Of a DNA stretch of 64,000 nucleotides, positions 12,811 through 24,454 are shown one piece after another. The notes below the pieces were generated by a model. That model was given only the letters and a program-made list of their open reading frames with translations, did not search any database and had not been told where the DNA came from. Within the stretch, counting starts at the first letter, position 1; every line of letters begins with the position of its first letter. Both the position numbers and the translations under genes were made by a program. Source of the stretch: Selaginella moellendorffii (taxonomy: Eukaryota > Plantae > Lycopodiophyta); NCBI RefSeq assembly GCF_000143415.4, contig NW_003314268.1, positions 1,844,672 to 1,908,671 on the forward strand. The letters are read 5' to 3'.

Positions 12811-13620
12811 TTGTTAGGCACCAGCTTTGACTACCATGGTCAACGTCGGTCAAAGGGAGGCTCAAGGGTATATTAAGGCATGTTAGGGTAGGGGACTTAA
12901 CCTACCCTAGGGCTCACGGTGGAGCGGCGGCGTAGTGGAACTTTTGAGGTAGCTCGGGGGTGGTTGGGTGGTGAGGAACCTCAAGAGGTGGCGTAGCATA
13001 GTTTAGGGCGACTAAATCTCTGTCTTTTTGCACTGGATCATAACACTTGGACACGTGGCATATGGCACATTGCATGTGATATATGGCATATGAAGGGTTT
13101 AGGTTCTATTTCATGGTTATCTTATGATAAATCACTATAAGATACCACGCACGCTATTTTCAAGTTGGCTTCATAAGATTGAAACACTAAACTCATGCTA
13201 TCAAATCATATACTTATCCAACATAAATATAGTACCTCAGGTACAAACTTCGATACCAAATGTAGTGCACTTTATCTCTCTCCTCTTAAGCCAACTAGAA
13301 AAGAAGCAATTACCTAATGAGAGAACCTTTAGTGGTTATTTTATCCCTATTTATCCTTTATAAGCTCCTAAGTTTGGACTTCTTGGGATGTCATCCAACC
13401 CAGTACTATTCAAACCCAAGGACGCTTAACCCCAAATATCCCAAGACTCTTAACCAATTGGAAAAAAGAGTGCACTCTTATTCATGGGCCCTTTCCCTCT
13501 ATATTTGAACCCCATGGATCGTCTCTTAAGTTGTTCTCTTTAGTTGCTTACATCTCCTAAGATTCCAAGGATCCACAGTGATAATATATCCAAATCTCAT
13601 CTCATGATCAGATGTGTTAC

Positions 13621-14982
13621 TGTGAGACACAAAATCCCTAGGCCCCAAAGTGGAGCCGAAAGGGCGCCACGTGGTAGTGGCCAAAGCGAAAGCCAAACGA
13701 GCATAACACGTTTGGACTAAAAGCTCCAACTTGAAAAGGTCAAGAGTGGGAGTGGAACTCCCAATGAAGGGCTTGAGGAACAAGCACGAGGTGAGTCATG
13801 AGTGAGTCTCTAGAAAAAGGGACACAAGAGGACCAAAACATGACATGTGGAAGTATCCGAGATAAAGTCCGATGTGGAGTCCGAGATGGACCTGAGATGG
13901 ACTCAAGAAGGAGTCCGAGATGGAGTCCGAGATGGAGTCCAAGATGGACCCAAGATGGAGTCCGAGATGGAGTCTGAGATGAACCCGAGATGGAGTTTGA
14001 GATGGACCCGAGATGGAGTCCGAGATGGAGTCCGAGATGGAGTCTGAGATGAAGTCCAAAATGGACCAAGATGGAGTCCGAGATGGAGTCTGAGATGGAC
14101 CCAAAATGGAATCCGAGATGGAGTCCGAGAAGGACCCGAGATGGAGTCCGAAGTCGAGACCGAGACCAAGACCGAGACTGGGACCGAGACCGGGACCGAG
14201 ACTGAGACCGAGGCTGAGTCTGAGCCCGAGCCCGAGTCCGAGTTCGAGTCCGAGTCCGAGTCCGAGTCTGAGTCCGAGTCTGAGTTCGAGTCTGAGAGGG
14301 TGAAAGCCCAAAGCGTTCGTCTCCCAGACCCTGGGGGGTTTGGTGAGCTCCAAAAGTATAGTAGGGGGAGGACTCCAGTGGAGCCAGTCCGAAATGTTGT
14401 CCCAAAGTCCCAGACTATGGAAAGGAAGAGGAGTGGCCCTCTAGTGTAGTGACCAATGGTACGGTTATGTGGTGAGGAAGTCCCAGAGGACAGTGGGACT
14501 TAGTAGTTGGGTCTACAGGCCCTGTCCCAGTGGCAGTCTTGGCAAACACGGCCATGGACAGAAAAGGGACTTGGTGAGGACTGTAATAGGGATATTGGGG
14601 AAGGCTGTTCCCCATGTCTGTGGGCATTTTAAGGATGCTAAAGAGTGGATCTTGGATGGTCACTCCTGGACGGATGGCCCAGTCCTTAAAAGACGGGACT
14701 GCGATGTAGTTGGTGTTGGACCACCGGTGTGACCAAGCTGAAGGGGCATGGCCTTAGCGTAACAGGCTAGTATGTCAGTGGTACCTTGGGGTGTCGGTCT
14801 TGGGACTGGACACATGGAGCACTTGGACTAAGTGCAAGGGATGAGTGGCGTGGATGCTATTCTTGGGGATAGCAAGTCCCATGTCTTGAATTTGACTTAA
14901 GGAGGTTGTGAATGAGACTCCTCCAAGTGGTCGGAGGTGTGGTTAAGTGACTAAAGTAGAATGGAAAAATTAGTCGCTTATA
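13621..14982. mobile_element. Solo LTR of family L2 with internal minisatellite, TSD GTTAC
   Basis: TGTGAGACAC...GTCGCTTATA flanked by GTTAC at 13616-13620 and 14983-14987. Homologous to 31090-32703. Confidence 0.92.
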
Positions 14983-15199
14983 GTTACACACACCCCCCTT
15001 TCAAAGTTATCAATGTTCTAATTGATTATTAACTATTGACTAACAACCCCTATTAAGAAAAAGGGAACCAACACCTCTATTTCAGCACGGAATTTAATAA
15101 TCCTTTCATTTTGTAAATTAATTGTTCTATATGAGGTAACTAGTCATTCACAAGTATTATAATCCCACGGTGGATACTTTCCTCTGTAGATGCTCCATA

Positions 15200-15511
15200 A
15201 CAGGAATGTAATGCATCTGAATTTAGAGGCAAACTCTAAGCCCATTGTGCTACAAAATGAAGGTCTGATACACTCTCAATCCTATGAGCAAAAACTCCTT
15301 ATATCCAACACTTGCATGTAAATCGGTGTCAGATGGTGTTTAGCATGACTTTGGCATATTGGTGGCCTAACACAAAGAGAAGGGTACCCTACCAACTAGA
15401 GTAGTGTGGATCTTGGGCTTAGACCCAAGCCGGACACAAAACAAAGAGCGACACAGCCTAGTGAGAGCTAAATTAATATCTTGGGTGGTTGGTTATACAT
15501 TCCAAACATCA
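15200..15511 (-). repeat. Family L3 LTR fragment, continued at 26942-~27130 on the other side of the Helitron
   Basis: Reverse complement of ~30330-30650 and ~7770-8050. The adjacent consensus sequence resumes at 26942 (TTATCCCTATTACATTTGGAA). Confidence 0.75.
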
Positions 15512-16978
15512 TCATACTCATATATTTAAACAAAAGAGCCGGTATAATAATAGCATATACTGGGGACACTTATTCTGGGTATATGCTGAGATCTAACGGC
15601 CAAGATCTAATTGTCGAAGGTCATGTCGTTTCAAATCAGAGAAAAATTTTATGTGGCTTTTTAGGGCTGGAAAAAATGCGTTCAGCGACGGGAGAGGCAG
15701 TGGGCAGATGTACTCTCTCCTGGATTCTGTTCTTGCAGACTACTTATATTTTCCACTGGAGGTTAGAATTCGATGCCCGATTCTTCGCGGATTGGCATTT
15801 TCTCTTTTTGTTTCTCAATTTATATTTTTCTCTGCCTTCCACGGATTGGTAGGTAAATCTGGAAATATGAATGCTTCTTTTCTTAGCACCTCCAGCCAAG
15901 AGCAAGGAGAAGAAGAAGACGGTGCTGCATCCTCCGGTTATTATCCTCCAGTGATTCTCAAGGAGCCGCACCAAAAACTCTGGAAGAGGTTAGCAGTAGA
16001 ACTTCTCATCGATTAATGGGAGGCAACTCAATATACCTAACTATAAACCATGGAGGCACTCTTCTCGTAGCCCAGAAAAAATTCCAGAGAAGTGAAGAAC
16101 CAATCTGGGACGACAACCAGCTCCAGCATCTGAGTCATCTCCTCTGGTTCCTCAGACGATGAGCTGCTCAAGGTCTTGTTGCTCATTCTCATCAGGTAAT
16201 GTGCAGGTGTGCTACAAAACTGAAAACTCATGTAGAAAAGGTTTTGTGGACAGTGAGGGTGTGAAGATTGTTAATATTTCTGTGGAAGGTCTAAGTCAAG
16301 CTACTATACTATGTAGCACTAACTCTGTGATGAAGAGCGTGTCTACGAAACTAAGATGGGTACGACTTCTTGTTTGGAGGTAAATCACTTTTTTTAATTA
16401 ATCACGTATGTTACTAATCAAGTGGCATGGCAGGGTGCTGGAAAGACCTCCATAATATGCACTGTGGTGGCATGAACACTGATATCAACAATTTTTTTTC
16501 CAGACATCAAGTGTCATGAAAGCGTTTCATGCAGTGTAGGATACATAGATTCAGTAGGCGTTAACTTTCAGGTAAAAATTTCTTCCTTACTCTGCTTTGA
16601 ATGGTTTACCAATTGGTTCCATATAGGACCTATCATATGAAGAAGAGCAGCTGAAGAATGGTTTGTTGAGAGCAGATCCATATAAAGTTTTGACTTGGTG
16701 CACAATCTGGCTCACAAGAGTCCCAGGCTGCGACAACAGGCTGCCGATCACTCTCGACCAGCTCTTGGCACCCTCCTGGACGAGATCACTACTGCTGAGG
16801 TCCCTTTCGTTTTAGATCTTGCCATGAGTGCCGACTGGCATCAGCTTTCAAGCGTTACAGCCATGGACGTGTACAAGTCCACTCCCGACTTGACAAAGTC
16901 CCAGGAACTGCAGAGACTGGGACATCGTTGGAGGAAGGTTTCTTTTTTATATCGATTTTTTGTTTTCACCATTTTTGC

Positions 16979-17310
16979 AGAAAAAATTATTGGAGATGAT
17001 CCGGCGATTGATCGTCTGTAGTACCTCCAAGCATGACCTGGAAAGGGTGGTTAGTCTGAAGAGGTTAGAGTGAAATGTAACTTTGTTTTCCCAGCTAGCT
17101 TGGGTGGAGTATGGATTGATGAATTGGCTATCAGAAATATACAGAGCTATCCAAGGTTTACAGTTTGTCATGAAACTTGTTTTGCAGGTGCTGGCCCACG
17201 AGAATGGCTGGCAGCTCTTTATTCAGCGGGAGTTCCTTGTGCTGTTGCCTCCACAATGGATCAGATTAGCTGTTGGATGCACTCATAAGAATGGGTCTCG
17301 ACAAGAGTGA
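16979..17310 (+). pseudogene. Captured fragment of a plant HAD-superfamily phosphatase gene (At3g10970/PYRP2-like)
   Basis: Three exon pieces separated by short GT-AG introns: EMIRRLIVCSTSKHDLER / LAW...WLSEIY / GPREWLAALYSAGVPCAVASTMDQIS..DALIRMGLDK. Confidence 0.65.
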
Positions 17311-20300
17311 GGCCGTTAGGCACGTTGTGCATGGTTTTAATACAATAGTTGTTAACTCTAGGCAGTTGTCACAGAAGAGGATGGAATGGACTCCACCAAG
17401 GATTGGGAGCTGGATCCTTTGTCCTGGAGACCAGAGTGGCCGCGAGCTAGATCCTTTGTCCCAGAGACTAGAGTGGCCACGAGATGGAATGGTTAAGGCT
17501 AGGGTTTATGCAGAATGTGGTGGTGGTAACACATCACAGCCGAGCACCCCTCTCTGTTCGATCACTGGTCCGCAAAGATCTTGAGGAGATCCTTCCAGCA
17601 AACGATCTTATCGATATCAATATCGAGGAGCCACTGAAAAATAATCTAGAGTAACTTCAGCCAAAGAGATTGATTGAGCTCTCCAGTTGCCAAAGACCCG
17701 ACTACCATTGCTGTGGCAGCCTCTGCTCAAGATGTCCACTGGTGAATTCCAAATATCTTCACACGCAGCTCAATGAGCTAATCCAAGTGATGTGCCTCAC
17801 TCTCATGCTTTCCTGTTCATTAAAGTTCCTGTTTTTCCAGTTTTATTGTTAATCCAAAGTGGAAGTTTAGCTCTTTGTTTCACAGATTTATAAAGCTGAC
17901 CTACCCAAGAGAGTTCAAAAGTCAGAGTCACGTCTCCAAGTAGAGGCTTAAGTTCTGCAGCCTTGAAAACCCCAGGAAGCAATCTTCCACTTCCGCAGAG
18001 CCTATCACCTCCACTTCACAACCACGGCCTCATTGCTCACCTGGCCTCTTATTGTTTTTTTTACCTCTTCTTGTCCTTTTGGTAAGAGCAGCAGTAACAA
18101 AAGCAAGCTTCCGAAGGAAACATGTGCTCACTAGGGGAGGTCTTCTTAGCTGTTAGAGTAGAGCATAGGAAATTATACAAGGAAGGCAATCTCCAAGGAA
18201 GTATGGAGCAGTAGATGGAAGCTTTAGGCCCTTGATGTAGTTCTTTCTTATTTTTCCCAATTTTTAAGATATCACATTGCCTAGAGCTGGAATATTATAA
18301 AAGAAGGTAACAATTCATTTACAGCTAATGGATTTAAGTCCTTGCTCTGTTTTCTAGCTTTAACAGAACCCACTGATAAACTTTATAGTAATGCAAAACA
18401 TTAGGAGATTGCTGGGAACAATGATCTATTATCGAACCACCATGATCTATTGCTATAATATGACCAAAGTAGCCTGAGGCTGGTTATTGTCTTATGGTGA
18501 TTTTGCTCTGGTTGTGGGACATGCAATGGAATGGTATCCAAAGCTACTTGGTAGCTCTGAAGATCTGAAATATCAAAAAAGTATATATGAACAATAAAGA
18601 ATATGAGTTTCAACCTTTATTGTGATAATTGTGTTACTAAAAAACTGTTATGGCAAACACATATATAACATGAAATAACAGTGTGTTACATAGAGAAACA
18701 CTTAGTTTGCAAGATTAATCTTATTGTATATCAATTATTAGGTGGTAGAATAAACTAAAGTATACAATATGTATTTGGGAAAGTCTATAAATTCTAAACA
18801 CATTCCAAATCATTATTGTACTATTATATATTTTCAGACAAGAATGATAATATATTAATAAATACTTTATAATTTATGATTGATTAAGTATTATTTTAAT
18901 TCTTTAATAAAAGTGGGGTTTTTAGCTCATGATTCATCCATTAATTTTCTCCTTCTGCATATTATTAGAAAAGTAGATTAATTTTTAAAAAACTATGACT
19001 AATAATGTTAGCCTTTTGATAAAGGTTTCAGAAAAGTTTTTTATGCATGTTAAGATTAATATGAAATTTTTATATATAAATATGAATATAAATTTTTTAG
19101 AAATTACTAAATAACAGAAATGTACATGACACTCCCAGAAAATATATATTTGGAAACTTGTATAGCTAAAACTTCTGTATCTAACTATAAATAACTATGA
19201 TGCATCAAGAAGTGTTTGTAAAATATATATTTACTCTAGAGTAACTCAATCACAAAAATTATTATTAATGGTAATTGTGATCTTATATAATGATAATTAA
19301 TTCTCTATAATAGATTCATGACACATAAAAAGTTAGTTCTCAATATAATGAGTTGACCAATTTAGCATTTATACTGTGTATGAGAAATTATTGTAGCTAT
19401 TGTAGTATAAGTAGCTACAATAATGTAGCTGTATGAGATCTTTCTACTTATATTTCTATATCTCTATCTAATTTTTGATACTACATTATAAAAGTTAATT
19501 ACACTTGTATGATGAATGGTGATATATCCCAAATTGGCAGTCTTGTCCAAACCACTAAAGGTGCTAAATATCTCTGATGTGTGTTTTTATATTAGAATTG
19601 TTATGTATGTTATGATTAGTATGAACTTTTCAAATATAAAGATGAATATGAACTTTTCAGAATTACTAAATAACAAAAATGTACATGACACTCCCAGCAA
19701 AGCTGGGACTTGTGCCTTGGATGAGTGTGATTGAATATATTGCCAATAGCAGTAATTTTAGCATGTAGTGTTTGTTTCAGACATCTCTATTGACCATGCA
19801 TTCTAGGGTTGCTAGATCACAAGTTTTTGTGACAACTCATGTTAATCACTACAAGTAGTCAGTACCTTTCTCTTTGTTAGTCAATTATCAGATTCTTTGT
19901 TAATTTTTCTTTTTTTCTCTTGGCAGGATTTCTGGAAATAGCATAATCTAGCATATAATACAATGCTTGTGGAAAATGAGTATCCTCTAAGGCAGGCTTG
20001 CTCAAGAATATTTAACATAACATTAGCATAACCATAGAAGTTAACAAATGGTATGGTTAATTTTATGCAGGTTCAAACTTTAATTATAATCCTCTATATT
20101 TCATTGGCTATAACCTTTGTAAACCAAGCTCATATAAGTGTCATGATAAATAGTTATCTCAAACATGTTGTAAACTTTATAAAGACTCAATCCAATACAG
20201 CTCACTAATAAAATAAAAAACTAATATAAAATTTAATCTCCCTCAACCACATATTTTCCTTGTATAAGAATTAAATGTCCAATATAAAACCATTGGAGCT

Positions 20301-20399
20301 GTGAATTTTGTAGGAAATAAAAAAACTTTATACATGTTATGGCCCTTTTTTTTTCAGTAACATAACAAAGAAAACCTATTTTAGGTGTTGAACTTGCAC

Positions 20400-21030
20400 T
20401 ATTGATTCTTGGGTATGGGCATCAAGGAGAATGTGAGAGATACATTGAATAGAAGTAGGCAATGCTAGAGAATTGCTATAGCAAGAATGTCATGGCCAGG
20501 AGCAAATCAATGTCAAGAAAGCTAGGGCAATGATTAGGTAGGTAGCTTTTCTTTGAGGTTAATAGTACATGGAATGATCCATAATAATGGGTGGCGATGG
20601 TGATGAGATGAACAGTCTGCCTCTTGAATTCAGGGCAAATAGGTCCCTCAACCATGGCAACAACAACATTAATTCCTGTATTAGATGATGATGCTGGGTA
20701 CTGGTGCCTCTTGTGAGTGCCATTATCAACCCACGGGCAAATGCATAAAATGAACAGAGTGTGGAGGAATCTTGTCTCTAGTGCCAAGTTTCATGACAAT
20801 TGTTCTGTATAAGGATTGATTGAAGGTGTACTGGTGGTAACAGTGTTTCTCAAACATGGGAAAGAGGTCTTGATCATTCAATCCTAGAAGTGCCAAGAAA
20901 GTGTGGATGATTATAGTACATAGGAGAATTTGTGTGACAAGCTCTTGACAGAAAGTTCTATATTGATCTACACATGAATCGATGGAGTTCTTTGGCATCA
21001 ATGTTGTGTCCTTGAAAGTTGTGTGCATAT
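20400..21030 (-). pseudogene. Highly degenerate Pif1-like helicase C-terminal fragment
   Basis: MKLGTR...VDNGTH...GINVVVAMVEGP...QTVHL resembles LKVGAxVML...NGTRL...NVIxAxIxxG...VxIPRI. Frameshifted. Confidence 0.4.
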
Positions 21031-24000
21031 GTGGTTATGGATGGCCAACTCTATGTAGTGGGTGGTGCTTATATGGGGTTGCATCCAATAGCCAAGATAC
21101 GCAATCCAGTGGATGATCAATAGGATTCTCTACCATTGCTGATTTTATCCTACCCTTGTCAGCAATGACAATAAAATAATTATGAAAGATAGTGGTTGCT
21201 TCTTCAGATCAACATTTGTTTTATTAGCACAAGATTTGTCTTGGAAAGAGATGAATATAATTGCATTGCATGGGCGACACTGCTTTGTACACTTCAAACA
21301 ATTCTACAAGCCCAACATGTATGGATTGTTGAGGCAATAACATGTGGACATTGGCTCAACGTGGTGAACACTTCTCAAGCAGATAACTTCAAGCTAATGC
21401 TTTGCTCAACAAGCTGCTAGAAGAACATCTGGGCAATCTCAAGAAATTGTAAAGTTGTGTCAGTGATTCAAGATAATAGCACTGAACCAAAGTGATAGAT
21501 GTTTACAATCTTGATGTGCCATTGGTGAATACCAATGAAATTTCCTTCAAGGTTAATATAATTACAGAATATGTATTAAAATATCATGGTACAGAAAAGG
21601 CTCAAGTTCTTCTTACAATCAAGTGTGCTTTGCCATACCTTCACTTTCAAAACTTTTAACATACAACCTATTAAATCTCATGCTTGAATATCTTATATAT
21701 ATGTTTCTTAACTTTTTAAATATAAAGAAACAATAGAAATGAAAAGCCGAATAAGGAACTTTTCCAAATTACTAAACAACTCAAATGTATATGACACTCC
21801 CAGCTTCACTTCTGAGACTGAGATTTCTCTTTTTTCATATTATCAAAAAAAGTATATACAAATTTATATGACTATTAATACAATCATCAATGATTAAACA
21901 TATTGAGATTTCAATTGGCTCAGATGTAGTCTAAGATTTATGTAATATCATAAATTTTCTAACATTTTTTCTTACATTGTAATTATACATGACAAAAATA
22001 ATAAGGTATAAATATCATTCAGACAACATTAGTACAAGAACCATCTAAAGAAATGTGATTCATCATCAATTGAACTTTAATTATATTAAATCTATCTATA
22101 TACCATTTATGAATTTTCTGGTATATTATATTTTTAGAATAAAGAAAATTTTTATATATCATTATTACCTCAGTATAGAGTAAAACCTTGCCATTCATTT
22201 ATCATTATAAAATTTCATCCTTTATAATATTGTAATAAAGCCTTAATTTTAAATATAAATCCATGAAAATAGAGAGATAATAACTTATTTTACATTAGCA
22301 TTCTCTCTATTAAAAAACACATACAGAAATAATGTTAATGATATAAAGTAGAATACTTCTAATATTAAATATTACTCTCAAAATGTAAGAATATAAGTAT
22401 TAGGAATAAGGGAATATCAAAGATAAATATGTAAAATTTTGAAATTTTTCTAAAAAAATATAACACATAAAGGTAATTTCTATCACTTAGTATCATGCAA
22501 TTCCAAAACTTTCAGTCTAAAGAGATGAAAAATAAAACTCAATAAAAATGGTTATATTTTTTAATTTTATAAGATGTATATAGTTTAAGTGAGTTTTAAA
22601 TCTTTATTTTTGAAATCATTATATTTTAGTGTACTTAAGAAACAAATTTTTTCAAGAGGAAAAATTGTAGATCAATTATATGGAGATTTTAAATAAATAA
22701 AATAGTTACCAAGCCTCAATATTTAATTGACTCATCTGGCCATGGAATCCCACAGTGAAAAATTCCATTTATAGAAGATCATGTAGCACTCAGAGTTTTA
22801 AATGTTATATTATGTTATAAGTGAAATTTATTATATTATTTATTATGTTATATTTTTAAAATGGATTTTGAATATAAATATTATATTATGTTATGTTAAC
22901 CATGTATGTTATAATTATGATTATATTAAAATTATAATTATGATTTCAAATTTTTGAAATACTAAAACATTAAGAATAAACATGATGCTCCCAGCGTAGC
23001 TGGGACTTTTGCTAGTACTTCTTTATTTGAAAGTGCTATTGGCATCGGGGGATAGATATTCTCTTACCCTTAGATTTTTAGGATGGATGGCTTAGATGTA
23101 ACACTCTCTTAAAACAGTTATGGCTTTTCATATATCTAAGGGTTTTATGTTTGACTCTCATATATCATTGTGCAGCATTGGGAACGAGATTGTGAGCCCC
23201 TTGAAAATACCATTTTCCTCAATTTGGTACACAATTTTTTTGTTTCAGATACACTATGGTGGCTTGATTATTCACTTATGATAAGTTTCTTTCTCGCAGG
23301 TGGACACATTCGTATGATCCTGGCGCTTACAGGACAAAATACTTCTATGTTGGCAGCTTTTACAGCCATCCTTTTTCATTTCCTATTTCATGTTACAGGT
23401 AATTCGTAATCACAGCAGAAGCAGCAGTATCACCAGCAAGATGCACTCAAGGCTGTGCAAAAATTCTCCACCAGTATTTTGGGAATGTTTACATGTACGT
23501 AGTGGCAATGTCAAGGTTAGTGAGCAGGTTGGTGCGAGGTATAGGTGGTTGGTACAGGGATGAAGATCTCATGAGGGACAGGGAAAAAAGAGCTTGTGGG
23601 GTCGGCCATCACCCACGAGCAGTGGAATACGTTTTTAAGATATACTATGGTGGCTTAAATCTTCACTTATGGTAAGCTTCTTTCTTGCAGGTGGACACAT
23701 TCGTACAATTCTGGCACTTACAGATACCAAAATGCTTCTATGTTTGCAGCGTTTACAGCCATCCTTTCTTTGTGATTACATAGTGGGATATTTTTTTCAG
23801 ACAAAGTCAGTTATGATTTTGGGATACAGGAAATCATCGTGCTTTTTATGTTTTGCTATCAGAGCTGAAGTAAGTTCTTTGGTTGGGGTATGTTTTTGTG
23901 TTACAGATTTTAATTGTAGTATATTAATGGCAAGTATAGAACTGATTTTATGCTACAGGTAAGTCAGAAGAATCATGGCAACAATAGCAACATCACCAGT

Positions 24001-24354
24001 GAGATGCACTCAAAGCTGCACAAGAATTCTCCACCAGTATGAACGGTCACATGTACGTACATCAGTGAGCAGGTTGGTACAAGGGACAGGTATTGAAATC
24101 TCACAAGGGACAGGGAAAAAGATCTTGTGGTGTCAGTCACCGCCCATGAGCAATGGAATACGTTTTTCAAGCTTCATGAAGGAAGACTCAAGTCTGGAGA
24201 AAGAAGGTAAAAAACAATTTCTTTCAGAGGTGGAAGGATTGAAGAGGAATCTCATGAGCAAGGTTGCTAGCTTCAATCCAGCCCGATTGACAGTTATGAT
24301 GAAAATACACAAAGATATAAAAGGAAGAAGTTTGGTTTTGTTTGTTTCCATTTC

Positions 24355-24454
24355 NNNNNNNNNNNNNNNNNNNNNNNNNNNNNNNNNNNNNNNNNNNNNN
24401 NNNNNNNNNNNNNNNNNNNNNNNNNNNNNNNNNNNNNNNNNNNNNNNNNNNNNN
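24355..24454. other. Assembly gap (100 N)
   Basis: Run of N. Confidence 1.

Larger units (their letters stand above)
8170..13045 (+). mobile_element. Ty3/Gypsy LTR retrotransposon G1 with both LTRs and 5-bp TSD CTTGG
   Basis: LTRs 8170-8402 and 12812-13045 (TG...CA). TSD CTTGG at 8165-8169 and 13046-13050. PBS at 8404, PPT at 12799-12810. Domain order gag-PR-RT-RH-IN. Confidence 0.97.
7250..13155 (+). repeat. LTR of family L3 split by the G1 insertion (7250-8169 plus 13051-13155)
   Basis: Both halves align with the uninterrupted LTR 29926-30836 and rejoin across the CTTGG duplication. Confidence 0.8.

Noticed and set aside
13740-14449. Long RS/RT/SISD/LGLH-repeat ORFs (also at 31277, 33527-34351, 48470-49086, 61448-61991, 62909)
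   Set aside because: They are translations of the LTR minisatellite, open in several frames on both strands.
20400-21600. Autonomous Helitron Rep/helicase
   Set aside because: Only a weak, frameshifted helicase-like fragment, antisense to the Helitron ends, with no Rep motifs seen.
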